Of a stretch of 64,000 nt of DNA, positions 11,501-25,300 are shown in pieces. A program made the translations under genes and the position numbers. Positions within the stretch are counted from its first letter, which is position 1; every line of letters starts with the position of its first letter. The stretch comes from Puccinia triticina. Its lineage: Eukaryota. Under the pieces are notes generated by a model. It made no database searches. It worked only from the letters and a program-made list of their open reading frames with translations, and was not told the origin of the DNA. The DNA is taken from assembly GCA_026914245.1 (NCBI GenBank), contig CP110439.1:2480001-2544000 (forward strand). Reading direction: 5' to 3'.

Positions 11501-14500
11501 CTTATCCAATCATCAAGCGTCCGGCTAACCCGGTTTTTCTTTCTCATTCTTCTTCTATTGCTTCCTCTCGTGTTCTTCCCTACTCTCCTATGCCGGCTGA
11601 AGGCAAGCAATCCCAGATTTCCTCTTGTTCTGATTCTCCAATTTTGAATATGCCCGACATTCCTGTTTCATACTCTCAATCTGTTCCTGCAATCAACGGC
11701 GAAAATGCCATTCCAACTCATGCAGCTTTAGGAGCAGGATCCAAGGATGAAGTGTCCTCCCCTAATGATCCGTTCATTACCCCGTTTGAAAGGGTTTATC
11801 CTTCCAGTTGGAGACCGGAGTCCCTGACGGAGTCAGAGAAGGTGCTTTTATTTTGGCATCGTATTTTTGGCCATGTGAGCCTACGCAAGATAAGGTCACT
11901 GATTAAACAGAAACTAGGGTTTGGTCTGCCTTCCGACTTACCGCCAGGAAAGATCCATTGCCCGGTGTGTGCTATTACAAAAAGCACAAGTCTCAATCCA
12001 GTCACCAGCACGATGCGTAGCCCGGCTAGGCTAGAAATACTATGCACTGATCTAATGGGGCCTTTCCCGGTTGAATCAGTCGATGGCGCAAAATACCTGC
12101 TTACCCTCAGGGATGTAGCGACGGGATACTCGTATGTGAGAAGCCTTAAGGCAAAGTCAGAAGCCAACGATGTCCTCATAGAGATAATCCAGAAGTTGGA
12201 GAAACAAACCAGAGACTCGGTTAAAATATTACGCAGCGACAACGGCGGGGAATTCGCAAGCAAGGCTTTTGGGAAATTTCTTAAAGAAAAAGGAATCATA
12301 GCGGAACGTTCTCTCCCCTATCACCATTATCAGAATGGGGTAGTAGAGCGTTTCAACCGCACCGTTGCGGATATGGGTCGCACGGTTCTTAGTGATAGCC
12401 AACTCCCACGTACATTTTGGAACTATGCTTTCCTCTGGGCTAATCATGTACTCAATAGGATTCCCAATAAGGCTAGTAAAGGAAAAACACCCTATGAAGG
12501 AATGTTTGGCCGTCCACCAAGTTTCACTACATTCAGGATTTTTGGGTCAAGGGTGTTTATCCACATTCCTAGTGAAAAGAGAGACAAGCTGGCGGATAGA
12601 GCTCTAGAAGCGTATGTGGTTTCTCACTTGGAGGCGAGCAAAGGATGGCTCTTTTATCTACCGTCCAAGAATCGTTTCGTCAGCTCGGCAATGGTACACT
12701 TTGTTGACAGCGTACCTCGAGTCACGATTCCCAGTTCAAAGCAAATCAATCCAACAAATGCCGCCAACCCTCAAGGAAAAATGTCGCTTGAGTTCATTGC
12801 TCGACAGATAACCCTCGGGAACTTTGTCAATGAGATTGAGTTTGAGAATCAAGAACTCCTAGTTGATGCTGTGCTGCAATCATGCGCCTTCTATGGTGTA
12901 GACATACCGAAGACGTATAAACAAGCAATGAAGTCAGGAGACAAGCACAATTGGGCTGGGGCAATCGCAGAAGAACTCACCAATCTTGAACAGATGGATG
13001 TCTGGGAATCTAAACCAATGCCGGCAGGGACCAAACCACTTGACGGTCGGTGGGTCTTTGCAAAGAAGACGGGGGCTGATGGGAATTCTACCCGTTTTAA
13101 AGCCCGCTACGTTGCTAAGGGCTTCAAGCAGATAGCGGGTAAAGATTTTAATGCGACGTTCGCACCCACGGCCACTTTTGTATCCTTGCGCCTGCTCCTC
13201 GCTATAGCGGCACGTTTTAATTGGCCTGTTCACAGCTTCGATTTCGTGGCGGCGTATCTCAACTCTCCCATCGACGAGGAGATTTGGGTCAAGCCGCCTG
13301 ATGGGGTTGAGGTCCCGGCAGGACACGGTTTCTTGCTGAAAAAGGCTCTCTATGGGACTCGCCAGGCGGCAAGGTGCTGGTGGCTCCATCTGCGAGCCAT
13401 ACTCGACAAGCTCGGTTATTCCCCCTCCCAATATGACAACAGCTTATATATCCTACGGCACAAGGAAGAGTCAGGCGTTATCTGGGTCCACGTCGACGAT
13501 GGCGTCGTCACTGCCTCCAGTGAGGCCCTAATCAAGAAGCTTGAAGTTGATCTCAAGGACGTGTTGAGAATCAAATGGAGTTCCCATCTGGATTCCATAG
13601 TGGGGCTGAATATTGAGCGTACTGAGTCTGGTTTCATTCTTACGCAGCCAAAGCTCACCCAGACCATTCTGGATGAAGAATGGGATGGGATACAGGTAGC
13701 CAAAACTCCGCTCCCACCAAATTTCAATGCCGCGACGGAAGAAGGTGATCCAGCGTCCTCCTCGAAGTACCTGCATGTCATTGGCATGTTTAGCTATTTG
13801 GCAGTTGGGACAAGGCCTGACATAGCTTTTGCGGTTAACTATTTGGCGCGTTTCTCCGCCAAACCAAGTGTTACCCATTGGAAGGGATTACGACATCTTG
13901 TGAATTATTTGGCAGGTTCTACTGATCAACGTTTATGCCTTTTCCCCAACAGAGAGCCCAAGGCTTTGAAGACTTTCTGTGATGCATCCTGGGGTGGCGA
14001 GTTCTCGCGGTCATCTTTTGGAGTTTTGGTGGAATTCATAGGGTGCCCAGTCCTGTGGGTGGCGCGAAGGCAGGCCTCCGTGGCGGCCTCGACATGCCAC
14101 ACGGAATACATGGCGTTGGGAGCTGCCACGAGACACACTTTATGGGTAAGGCACCTGCTTAAAGATATTCTCAAGACTGATTTTGTTGGCCACATCTACT
14201 GCAACAATCAATCGGCAGTGAAGGTGGGAACCGATGACGCTGCGAACAAGCGCACAAGGCATACTGACCGTGATTTTTACATCACCAACAAAGCCCTGTT
14301 TTGTAAGTTAACAACACTGACTTGGATTCCGACCAGCGAACAAAAAGAGGATATTTTCACTAAAAGTCTCCCGCCTGAACTGTTCAAGAGGATGAGAAGT
14401 TTTGTTTTTAAAGCTTCCTAATTTCTTTCCTATCTCTTTCTTCCTTTCTCTTTTTATATCCTCCATTGTTTGTTTCCGGAACTATCTCAATATTTCCTCT

Positions 14501-14761
14501 GGGTATGCCTCTTATATACGAAATTCTGTGTTTTAAACTCTACTGCTCTTTTGTTTTCCTTTTCTTTCTTTCTTCTCTTTCATGCATATTTTTGTAGATA
14601 GGGTCTAGCGGCTAGGCGAGGGGGTGGCTGTTGTAACCTAACCACTTAGGTTACAATTAGTGACACTCGCCTACCGATAGACCATACTATGTCCCTCGGA
14701 GAATAAGCTGCAGAGCGGATTCTCCGCATTCACTACGTTATTCAGGTCTTTTGTCACATTA
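8571..14761 (+). mobile_element. Full-length Ty1/Copia retrotransposon with 133-bp LTRs and 5-bp TSD GTGCT
   Basis: LTRs 8571-8703 and 14629-14761 (1 mismatch, TG..TA ends); TSD at 8566-8570 and 14762-14766; PBS GGTTATGAGCC at 8704-8714; purine-rich tract before 14629. Confidence 0.97.
9226..14421 (+). CDS. Copia gag-pol polyprotein (gag CCHC, protease, integrase, RT, RNase H) broken by one in-frame TGA at 10693-10695
   Basis: Motifs CWSCGDASHYLRDC, IVDSGATHH, WHRIFGH..CPVC, LRSDNGGEF, FKARYVAKGF, WVHVDD, FCDASWG. The two ORFs are in the same frame. Confidence 0.93.
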
Positions 14762-14963
14762 GTGCTGTCACTACATGTATCACATGTGTGATAGGTGACT
14801 ATGTATAACGATAAACATAAGGGTCCCTTTTATGACCCTTATGTACACATTGTAAGGGTGTCTCAATTATAAGGGTGTCTAAATAATAGACTCGGAGTCG
14901 GTTTCCTTTTCAACTCCTCTCACTCCCATCTCCATTCGCTTAATCTTCAATATCACCTGCTCA

Positions 14964-16217
14964 ATGCCCCACCGATCCAACTCACAGGCGCCATCCCGCG
15001 GTCAATCGAACTCACGAACGTCTTCTCAAACAAACACCCGGAGGCAAACCATTTCCACTGACTCATCTAGGCGTCGTACCTCCAGGCTCGCCGAGGCACA
15101 AGAGGCCGCCGCTGAAGCACGCAGAGCAGCATTTCTACGACTTTCTCAACAACAAGGGCTGGGGGGGCCGGCAAATAGTTTTCTGCAAGAATTGAATGAA
15201 GAATCTGACAAAACCAAAGATCCCTCCGATGAAGAAGATCACCAAAGACATGACAATGCTGCCAACCCGTTTGATCCCCTTCCTGTAAACTCAAATGATT
15301 CCAATCCCGAGCGCAATGACAGCGGACTTGAAGAGCATTCAGAATACTATTGCCTTTGACGCTATGCTGACAGAAGAGAGGAGATGAGTCAAAAATGGAA
15401 CGAGCTCAATAATCAAGTTGTTGCTGCATACCTACTGTGTCAACAAACCACTCTCAACTGGACCACCCCACCAAATGATTACACCCTACCACCAGGCGTA
15501 TGTACATGTCCGTCCAACAAAATTTCAATACGGAAAGTGGATTTAATTGATAGGCTCTGTAAGCAACTTTACTCTTATTATTCCAATTGAAACATCATCA
15601 TGGCTGATTTTCTATAATCAGACCGTCATCCAGGGAAGCCTATACCTTTTTGCAAGTGCACACTGGATGTTGTTTGATTAATTCACTACGGCTATTTCGC
15701 ATGTTTGGCAGAAGCACCTTGCACAGCCTTTTCAATACAACTAGTTCAGTACCACCATCACTTATGGCAAGCAACTGCGGTATCTGCGTCAGGGTTCCTT
15801 GAATCCCTGAGCTCTTTCCTTGACACTCATACAGATACTCCTTTGCTCAACCGTGGAAGTACTCATAAGCGTTGTCAGCTCTGTGTCCCCTTCTCACACT
15901 GCAGTGACCTCTACTCCCGCATCCTGACTGGCCAAAAAAAGTTGTTTGAATATGGATTACAACTGACAAAATCAGACAAGTGGGCCAACACATTCCCACA
16001 ATGCTTTGGACCCCAACACCACGAGATTAAATCTGATCCAACTGAGCCTGATTTTATGATAGCACTGGACGGAAACTTTCAGCAACAATGCTATGCTGAT
16101 GCCAGCAAAGACAATCCACGTGAGGAGCAATACCCAGAGAGCTTTATCCTTCCTTCAAAGATTGCAAACAACATGGAGGCTTTGAGTGCATCAGAACATG
16201 TGGCAGTAGGAATCAAT
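14964..16217 (+). pseudogene. KDZ (Kyakuja-Dileera-Zisupton) transposase, N-terminal part with CxC1-like cysteine cluster
   Basis: Motifs PFCKC..LIHYGYF..P.TAFSIQL..HHLW, PQCFGP and ALDGNFQQ; ends at the intron donor GTATGT at 16218. Confidence 0.8.
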
Positions 16218-17049
16218 GTATGTTAGTATGTTACTCTTTGACTGCTATCTCACTGACTTGAGTGACACCACAGACGTTTGCTCAGCACCTGTTTACAAGT
16301 GCCTTCGCACAATCCATGCCAAGGTTTGGTCCAATCCTTGTAAGGTGCTGGTTTGAAGTTGGTTTGATGTTGGTCTGATCTTTGTTCAAAGAATGGTTGA
16401 TTTCAGGGGCAATCCAACCGGATCCTAACTGGAATTGTATGGGATGTATTGTGGAAGTTACATGTAGAACATACACCATACCTATGCTGAATTAAGCCCA
16501 ACTGTGATCAGGTGGACTTGATCCACAATATTGACCAAATATATGAATGTTTTGACCTGATTTTTTACCTCTGTGTATACCCATACCCTGTAGATTGCTC
16601 TGATGCATGTTTTTGTATTTTTTTGGGTCAGCCTAAGTACACTCCAAAAAAATCCCAAAAGCACTCCACAAGTGAGTGTATGGAGTGCGCGCTCCAATGA
16701 TTGTTGGAGTACAGAGTAGAATACTCCAAGTTGGCTGGAGTGCAGAACCAGGGACTCAAGAGTCTTTGGAGTGCACCACAAAGAACTGCAGTGGCCAGCA
16801 AATGTATCGAGTGCCGGTGAGTCCCACTCCATAAAATTAGAGTGCATATCCCCAGCACTCCATTCATGATATTTCTCCTCCCTGAAAGGTGAGTGCAGAG
16901 CTGGAGTGCATATGGGGTTCAAGTTGAACCCCAGTCAAGCAGGGTATACTATGTACACACCCTTTCTGGCCCACCTGGATGCCCGCTGACATCTCTTGAT
17001 CACCGGTACACCACGGGGGCAAAAGAAAACAATCTTGATTGGAGTGGAA

Positions 17050-17380
17050 TCTCCTCTTGATGACTGGTCCATGCCGGTGATTGAGGGGACTCACACCTCT
17101 TGATGACCGTTGTGTACAGGTCATTGAGAGGAGTGATTCCCCCCGATGACCAGTACAGACCGGGATTGAGGAGGTTCACACCTCCTGTTGATGACTGGCC
17201 TGTGCTGGTCATCAAGGGGAGTCACACCTCAATGACAGGTGTGTACAGGTCATCAAGAGGTGTGATTCCCCCCAATGACCGGTACAGACCGGCATCAAGG
17301 AGATTCACACCTCCTCTCAATGAATGGTCCGTGCCGGTCATCAAGGGGACTCAAACCTCTCAATGACCGGATTGTGCCGG
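17050..17380. repeat. Array of ~36-bp palindromes CCTCTTGATGACCGG-N6-CCGGTCATCAAGAGG (left part)
   Basis: About 8 degenerate units at a period of roughly 40-45 bp; the array continues at 29569 after the LTR element. Confidence 0.88.
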
Positions 17381-18873
17381 TGTGGTATGCAAAAATGTGA
17401 AAAATCAAAAGTTTTTCTTGTGTACATACAGAAGGCCTCAAGATACCATCCATTTGACACCATAAATGGACTCCACGGCTAAATTAACCCCTATTCCCCA
17501 CTGGAAGCATCACTGGAGCCCCACTACACTGGAAGTTAGACCCTCTGGACAACCTGTAGCACCCAGTCAACCACCTGTCAGGCGCCTCAAGTCACATTCC
17601 CCGCACCATTCTATCCCCACTACATATATTGGTTTGGTTTTGTTTGTTATGTACATGACATCATGCAGCACTGCCCCTGCAGGCTGTGCCCCTTCAACTG
17701 AATGGTTCCCCGCATTCTAGTTCCTTCTAACTCCACTTTGTTTGGTCTTATTACATCACCTGATCATTCCCTGCACAGCTTATGCACCCCTTGCATAAAT
17801 TATGACATCATCTGGCACAGCCCCTCCTCATGTATGCACCCCTTGCATAAATTGTACACAGCCACTCCCTCTTAACTCCCTCATGTTGTACAGTCCAGGC
17901 CAGCTAAAAATACCTCACTCAGGGGCTGCCCTGGAGCCAAAATCCCTCACATTTGTCTATATAAGGAGCTCTCTTCCCCCCCATTTGTAGTTCCTCAGTT
18001 TATTACTCATCAAGTTTTATACTCACCCATCACCCAAAACACTTACGTACCCACTCAGCCCTCTCACTTACATATAACAACTCTTACATACTGAATAACA
18101 ACCTTTTTATACTTTGTCACGAGGAACTTATCTTGAGCTAACCACTCCTATCACTTATTAAAGCTTGCCAAGCTTACCTTGGTGGGTCTTGTAGCTGGTA
18201 GTATAGAAGGGCAGAGCTTGCACCTCCTTCATCCCCTTCTCCATTCAGCAAAAGGGTTTCACAACCACTTTTGAGTCTTACAAGGGAGTCCCCAACGTGA
18301 TAGGATAACCTTTTTCAATTGACACCGTATTACCGATTTCAACGACTCGAACTAACGTCAAAGGAAAACGACTTCTAGCGGCGAAAGGATCAAATTCATC
18401 GACAAAATCTACAAACTCGACGGCATATTCAGTTATTCTGTTGGACAACTAGTCAAATATTAGACACCATCTTACAAAACAAATTACGTACCTCTGAAAA
18501 GAAACGTTACAACCACTCTGAGACGAGGATCTTGAAGAAGCAGCATAACTTATTAAACCAGGAGATGGGCAGAACGACCTTAGGAATCTGGATAAGTTAG
18601 GGGTCTGTTGAAGAGAACTTTGGAAGGAGCAGCCTGATTTATTAAACCAAAAGATGGGCAGAACAACCCTAGGAATTCGGATAAATTGGTAGACTGTTGA
18701 ACAGCACTTCCCAGATTGTTAAGTAATTTTTTGATATCAAAATATAAGAAATACCCCCAATTTGCCCTGGTAAAGAGACCAGAGACCAGATATTATTGTT
18801 TCTTTTTCAGAGCACAGTAAAAACAGTTATCAACGGATTGTGATATTACGAAACTAGGAATCAACAAGACAGC

Positions 18874-20935
18874 ATGAGTTTACCGTTCAGCGCACCAGAT
18901 TTGGAAAATGGATTCGCTCCTCCATTGACCCCTTTTAGGAACAGACCTGCGGCCAGAACTTCAGCCTTGAATTGGAATACGGATACGACGAATCCACCTG
19001 CACCACCTAGAAAAGACAAAGGAAAGGGAATTGACCTTCAACTCAGAGACCAATGTGAAGATGAATTGTCAGATTCAGACAAAACTCCTCAAAACACTAA
19101 CTTACCGCAACGTAACAATACTCCACGTCAACCTATATCCGGGTACGGAACCCACAACACGGAAAATATTCAAGAACCTATGTATCAACCTCAATTTCAA
19201 CAACAACAACAACCGGTCCCACCCCCACCGTTTCAGCAACCACCTATTCAGCATCCACAAGCTTTTTATCCGCAGTACTACCAACCACCAGCGGTCCAAA
19301 AAGTCAAACCGGTCATATTAAGGAACCTGGTCTCTTCTATGATGGCAACCAATTCATGAAGTTCTTAAAATGTATTGAAAGAACGGCCAATGCTTTCCAA
19401 GCAACGGATTACGATAAGGCGCTTCAGATTGGACAATTTGTGCGGACGGAGGAACTCAAGAGCAAACTTGAGGAGATGGACGGATATGACGACTGCAACT
19501 GGAAAAAATTACGAAAAGGAATGGTCAAAACGTGGGGGGACTTAGATAATACCTTTATGTACACCACCAACAACCTAATTGATGTAGCAGAACAACAAGC
19601 CAGGAGAGGGATTTCGACACCTATCTCGGAAAATGCACTTCAATTCTTGGTTACCTGGTCAAAAATGATAGCATCAAGTACGAGGACCCCGGCCTGCTAT
19701 TCCTGATTCCTTTCTTGAGAGAAAGCCAGGAAAACATCAAAAGGACCTTATTGTACAAAGGCCAGCTTCCAACAGGAAAGGACGGAAACACCAAAGCACC
19801 TCAATGGAACCATCTGGTTGCAGCTATAGAAACAGAAGTTATACGGATTGAGGAACGTTACAAACAGCTTCACAATCTAGAGCAAGAACTTATAGAACTG
19901 CAAAAACAAGTGGAGGCTCTAGGCTTACCTCCTGATTACAACCATCAACTCAATTGCTCAGAGGAACCACTTGAGCATTTCCTGGAACCAGCCATTGAAA
20001 TTAAACACCCTGTGAGGGACATTGCAGAAACAAAAACAGAAATCCCAGAACCTATGATGGACGTTACGGAAAAAGAACCGGAAAATTACTCTCAGGAATT
20101 GGTTTTTCAACAAGCGGCCTCAACAATCCAGCAACCAGCTACGGTGGTGAACCAGAAATCTGCCAAGTCAAACTTAATGGATACGGCAATGGAGCTGAAG
20201 CACATTGTTATTGACATACTAGAATTTGGCCCAGACAGCGTGGATACAGCTATTGGTATGGATCAGGAAGAAATCTTGGATCAATCTGTTCAACAAATCA
20301 AAACCTTGGATTATCAGCCACATCAACTCATCAGAAACTATGATTCAAAAATTGAAGATTCCTACCTCACAGAAGTAACTCAGAAAGATACTCAATTTCT
20401 GCTCACCCCCGAAACAATTTGGATTGAAGACATCAACCAACCTGGAAGCAAGATTTTCAACAAGCACCTCTTCAAACCTCACTTGGATCAAAATGAAAAA
20501 TATATTACCAAAACCTTACCCCAAGAACCACGAACCACAGATGTGGACCCTGAAGCAAAGAAAGACAACTGCATCAGTCTATACAACCCAAATATTCATT
20601 CTACAGATCTCAAATCAACAAAGTCACAATTTTTGGTCAATCTGAATCCACTTTGTCCGCCTGCTGAAGAAGTATTCGTGACTCTGCCGGCGCCAGTTCC
20701 TCCGGATATCATCTCAAACCCAACTTATTCAAGGAATAAATTAAAATCAGAAAAAGAATTGGAAAGATCAATCAACCTCCCATCTCAACTCAAAGCACAA
20801 AATAAACATTTTTTTCTCTTATTTTACTTACTCAAGAAGCTCCTTTTTCAACTGCCACTGAAGATCCCGCCGGACCGCTTTGGACAACTCCATACAACCT
20901 TCAGCCGCTCAGGTATCCTTGTTGGAATTGGTTAA
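18874..20935 (+). pseudogene. Frameshifted gag-like gene of the non-autonomous LTR element
   Basis: Pro/Gln-rich N-terminus, then YDG..FMKFLK.IER..ELEEMDGY..W..LR..M..TWG, resembling Gypsy gag; split over 3 ORFs. Confidence 0.6.
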
Positions 20936-22347
20936 ACTATATCTTTTTTGTTTCTCTTTTCTACAGTCATCAAGACTAGACATCAGTTCTAAATTCTGAA
21001 AATCTCACAGCTAGAATCTTTCAAGTTGGGGGAGGAACTCACATTCTTTTACACTTCACTCTTTCATCACCGTCCTCCCTCAAGCACTCTGAAAATCTTA
21101 TTAATTTCCCCCCTAAAAGTCTTCTCAATGAATCTAAAAAAAAAAAAAAAAAAAAAAAATCCCTAAAAAAGATAAAAAAAAAAAAAAAAAAACTACCTCC
21201 TAGGCATGATGCTAAACTGCTGAAGCCATCAAAACTATCATATCAATCATTCTTTTAAGTTGGGGGAGGAACTCACTCTTTCACTTTTTTTTCCGCCCTC
21301 CTCCCTTCACTCCTCTTCTATTTCCAGCACTATCCTCCACCACCACTTCAATGAATTCTCTCACAGCTCCAGCTCAAATCCACTCCTACAAGAACTCACA
21401 ATGTCTATCTATTTTTCACTGATTCTCGGCATGGCTTACTTACTTAAAAGTTATCCTGTTAAAGGTTGAGGACAACCTGCCAAGTTGGGGGAGGGGGATT
21501 CAAGTTGCATTACAACATTCAGATTGTTTCAATTTTTTTCGCAGCTGGATCAACTTAAAACCCAATAAAATTTCCAGTCAAACTGATTAATCTATTACAA
21601 CTCGGCGGAATCATAACTGAAAATCTGCGGCAGATATACTCAACATCCAGGATGCAAAACTCGCTAATTAGGACTCGACAAACAGCACTCTGCTAAGTGG
21701 CATCAGCAACATCGATTTTGACTCGCAGCGGAACCCGGACAAGGGCGTAGACAATAAGTATAAGAAGCTTGGTGGGAAGGATAGCTCATATTGCTTGCTA
21801 GGCGGGGCCTGCGTGTCCCACAAGATCATCCAACTCCTCCGCTCGCAACTCACCAAGGTATCTCCGAGGTAGTGAAGACAAATCCATCGGCCAGCTTCTT
21901 CGGCTGCGACTCGCCAAGGTATCGCCAAGGTAATCGATCCAAACACAGTGACGACGGTACTGTGCATAGTTCGGATGACGCGGCCTGGATATACCAGCGA
22001 GAAGGACCTATTCCGAAGACTCAGTTGGGTGCTCATAGCCAACAGAGTGATGGGAATTGATGCAAACAAACACTACTTACGATGGTGGTGCCCTTGGTTC
22101 CAGCCATTCGGAATCGCCGACGGTAGAAGAACCCGGAGCCCGTTTCCATATAAAAGCAACTCGGCTGCAGACGCAGGACCGAGCACAATAACCAAGCTGT
22201 CTGACAGCTGCAGGGGGTGGCACGGGTCGACGAGGCGGCGAGTTGAATCGAGTCGGATCCAAGGCGGGGTTGAATAGAAGTGACTGGGCTACCTCGCCTC
22301 CAAGGTAACTCCATGCGGTATCTCCGGTTGGAACCAAACATCGGAGG

Positions 22348-25300
22348 TGTACCGGTGCGCGTACAGGACTCAGGAAAAATGCCTAGGAAATCGAGTTGAT
22401 TTCTGGATGACTGAGGAAAAGGGAAAAAAGTGGACCAAGTCCCTACAAGAGGGGCTGCTTTTATAAAGGAGCCACGAAAACAAACAAGCACGTCATAAGA
22501 GTGTACAACTATGCACTAAAGAAACGTGCTACATGGCTAAGAATGAAAGAAACCTCTTCGACTGAGAAGAGCAAGAACAACTGAATAGCTCGGCACGCTA
22601 AACCCGGGCTTAGTCCCGGCCGGGATGAATAGGCTATTGAGTACCCTGTATAGTACAGGGCTTAACAGCCGCTCCTCATCCTAGCGTGACATCTGAAATA
22701 GGGCTACTACGTAGCCCGTCACATGTAGCCCGGCTACGACATCCCCCCCTCTAGACAGGGGCCGTCCCGGACCCTGCCGGGGGTGGACCTAAGCGAAGCC
22801 TGAGTCGCCTGCCCGGTGCTGCTGCCGGCCCGGAGGCCGGTGACTGACTTGATCCTCCATCAGCAGGTCCGCCTGCTACGGAAGTACTTGGCTTGGCCTT
22901 GGCTATAGCCTTGGCCTTCTTTAGCAATTCTTTTGCTACTCGAGCGTCGGCCCGCTTCTCCCGCTGAACTAACGCGGGAGGAGGTGCCCACATATCATTA
23001 ACTATTAAAGATCTCAGGGCTACCGGCTTGAGACTGTTCCCATTAACCGGCCTAGGGTACTCCACACCCTCATGGTCAACAATAATGTAGACATTATTGT
23101 TGAGGACCTTATCTATTGAGAAAGGCCCGAACCAACGGGGAGAGCCTTTCGTATGTTTTTCGTTGCACAGTTTCACGTACTGCCCCACTACTAGACCTTC
23201 TAAATCCCGCGCAAACACAGTCTTCCCATCAAAGGAATCCTTGTTCTTCTGCGCTCGCACCGCGGTATTGCCCGTCGCGGTCAACCGGGTCTTATTCAGC
23301 TCGGCTACCCGAGACTGAAGCTCTTCTTGGCCCGGAAGAACCGGGTCTGCTGCGATCATCCTTCGACGATCCTTAGGCAAGCGGGGTTTGACGCCGTAGA
23401 GTAACTCAAACGGCGAGAACCCACTGCTATCACTAACATGAATCCTAGCCGAGAACAAAGCCGCCGGCAAACACATTTCCCATCTGGAGGGATCGCCGGT
23501 GGAGTTCATCCTGAAAAGAGCGGCTTCTAAAATCCCGTTGAAGCGCTCGCTCTTGCCGTTCGTCTGCGGGTGATACCCGGACGTGCGGACTTGCTTCATT
23601 CCTGCTGCTGCCAGGAACTTAGTGAATCCCGCTGACAGATAGTTTGAACCTCGGTCCGTGAGGAATTCCTTAGGCGCCCCATGTGGCGTCACTACATGAT
23701 CAAAGATGGCTTGTGCCAACTCGGCTGCCAATGCTTCCTTCAATGGAACAGCCACCGGCCAAGAGGTACAGTGGTCTATCGCTGTGATTATCCACTTGTA
23801 CCCGCTTGGCTTGCTCTCTGGCATCTGGATAAGATCGGAGGACCACCTCTCGAAGGGGCCCACCGCTGGCAGGAGTCGCTGTAACCCTGTTTCTTGCTTT
23901 GGATGCGGCCTTTCTTGTGTCTGACAAGAAGCACAGGTACGTACATAACTCTGTACATCATCGTACCTCTTAGGCCACCACCCCCGTCCCCGCAGGATCT
24001 GCAGAGTGCAGTCCCGGCCCCTATGGCCAAGTTCATCGTGAACCGCACGGAGAAGATCGAATCTATACGCGAACGCTACAAACGGCGACCGCTCCTTCAA
24101 CCCACGACGACCAAGATAAATCAGGGTTTTGTTGACCGGATCGTACTCAAAAAGCTCGAGGTTTTCTTTCGCCCGAGTGACTAGATGGTTGGGAATTCCA
24201 ACAGGTAAGTCTCTTCCCTCTATCAAATAGGGAATAATCAACGGCCAATCAGTCTCATGGAGCTGATCGGTTACCTCTGCTAAAAGGGCCAAATCACTCC
24301 TACGCGACAGCGCATCTGGCACGACGTTGTCCGATCCCTTCTTATAACGAATCTCGATGTCCATCTCGGCGAACTCTTCGATCCACCGGAGGAGATGTTT
24401 CGTTGGGAGCAGCTGGGTAGACAGGTAAGCCAACGAAGCATGATCTGTATACACTACCGTTGTTTCTACCGCCCCGTCCAAATATACGTGCCATTTCCTC
24501 CACGCGTGAATGATAGCTAACAATTCTCGTTCCTGCGCCGGGTAATTCACTTGCGCCTTATTCAACTTACAGGACTCAAAAGCCACTGGATGGAGAACCA
24601 AATCGTCGCCATCTTGAAGAAGAACCGCACCGACCGCAAAATCTGAAGCGTCGGTTTCCATCACAAATTTCTTGAGAGTATCCGGCATCAACAGGACTGG
24701 TGCACTGGTAAGTGCCCTTTTTAACTCGATGAAAGCTACTTCCTGCACCGGAAGCCAAATCACCGTTTGACGCTTTGTTACTCCACCTGCGGTCAGGTCG
24801 TGTAACGGTGCGGCGATCTTAGCGAAGTTCTTCACGTAACGTCGTTAAAACCCGCACAGCCCGAGGAAAGACCTAACATCGAAAACCGTCTGAGGTCGAG
24901 GCCAATCCCGGACGCTCTCTAGCTTCGACTCCATTGGTCGAATCGAATTGTATCCGATAACGTGTCCCACGTATTGGATCTCTCAAAGACCGAACGAACA
25001 TTTCGCCCCGCTGCATTTCAGCTCCTCTCTTTGGAGAACTTCGAGGACTTTGCGGACGTGCTCGACATGCTCCTCCGCCGATTTCAAATAAATCAAGATG
25101 TCGTCCAAGTAGACTTGGACGAACACGTCGATGAACTCCCAAAGAATGTGAGTCATCATTCTTTGAAAAGTGGCCGGGGTGTTAACTAACCCGAACGGCA
25201 TAACTAACCACTCAAAGTGACCATATTTTGTCCCGAACGCTGTTTTAGGGACGTCTGACTCGGCTATCCGCATCTGGTGGAAGCCCTGTTGCAGGTCAAT

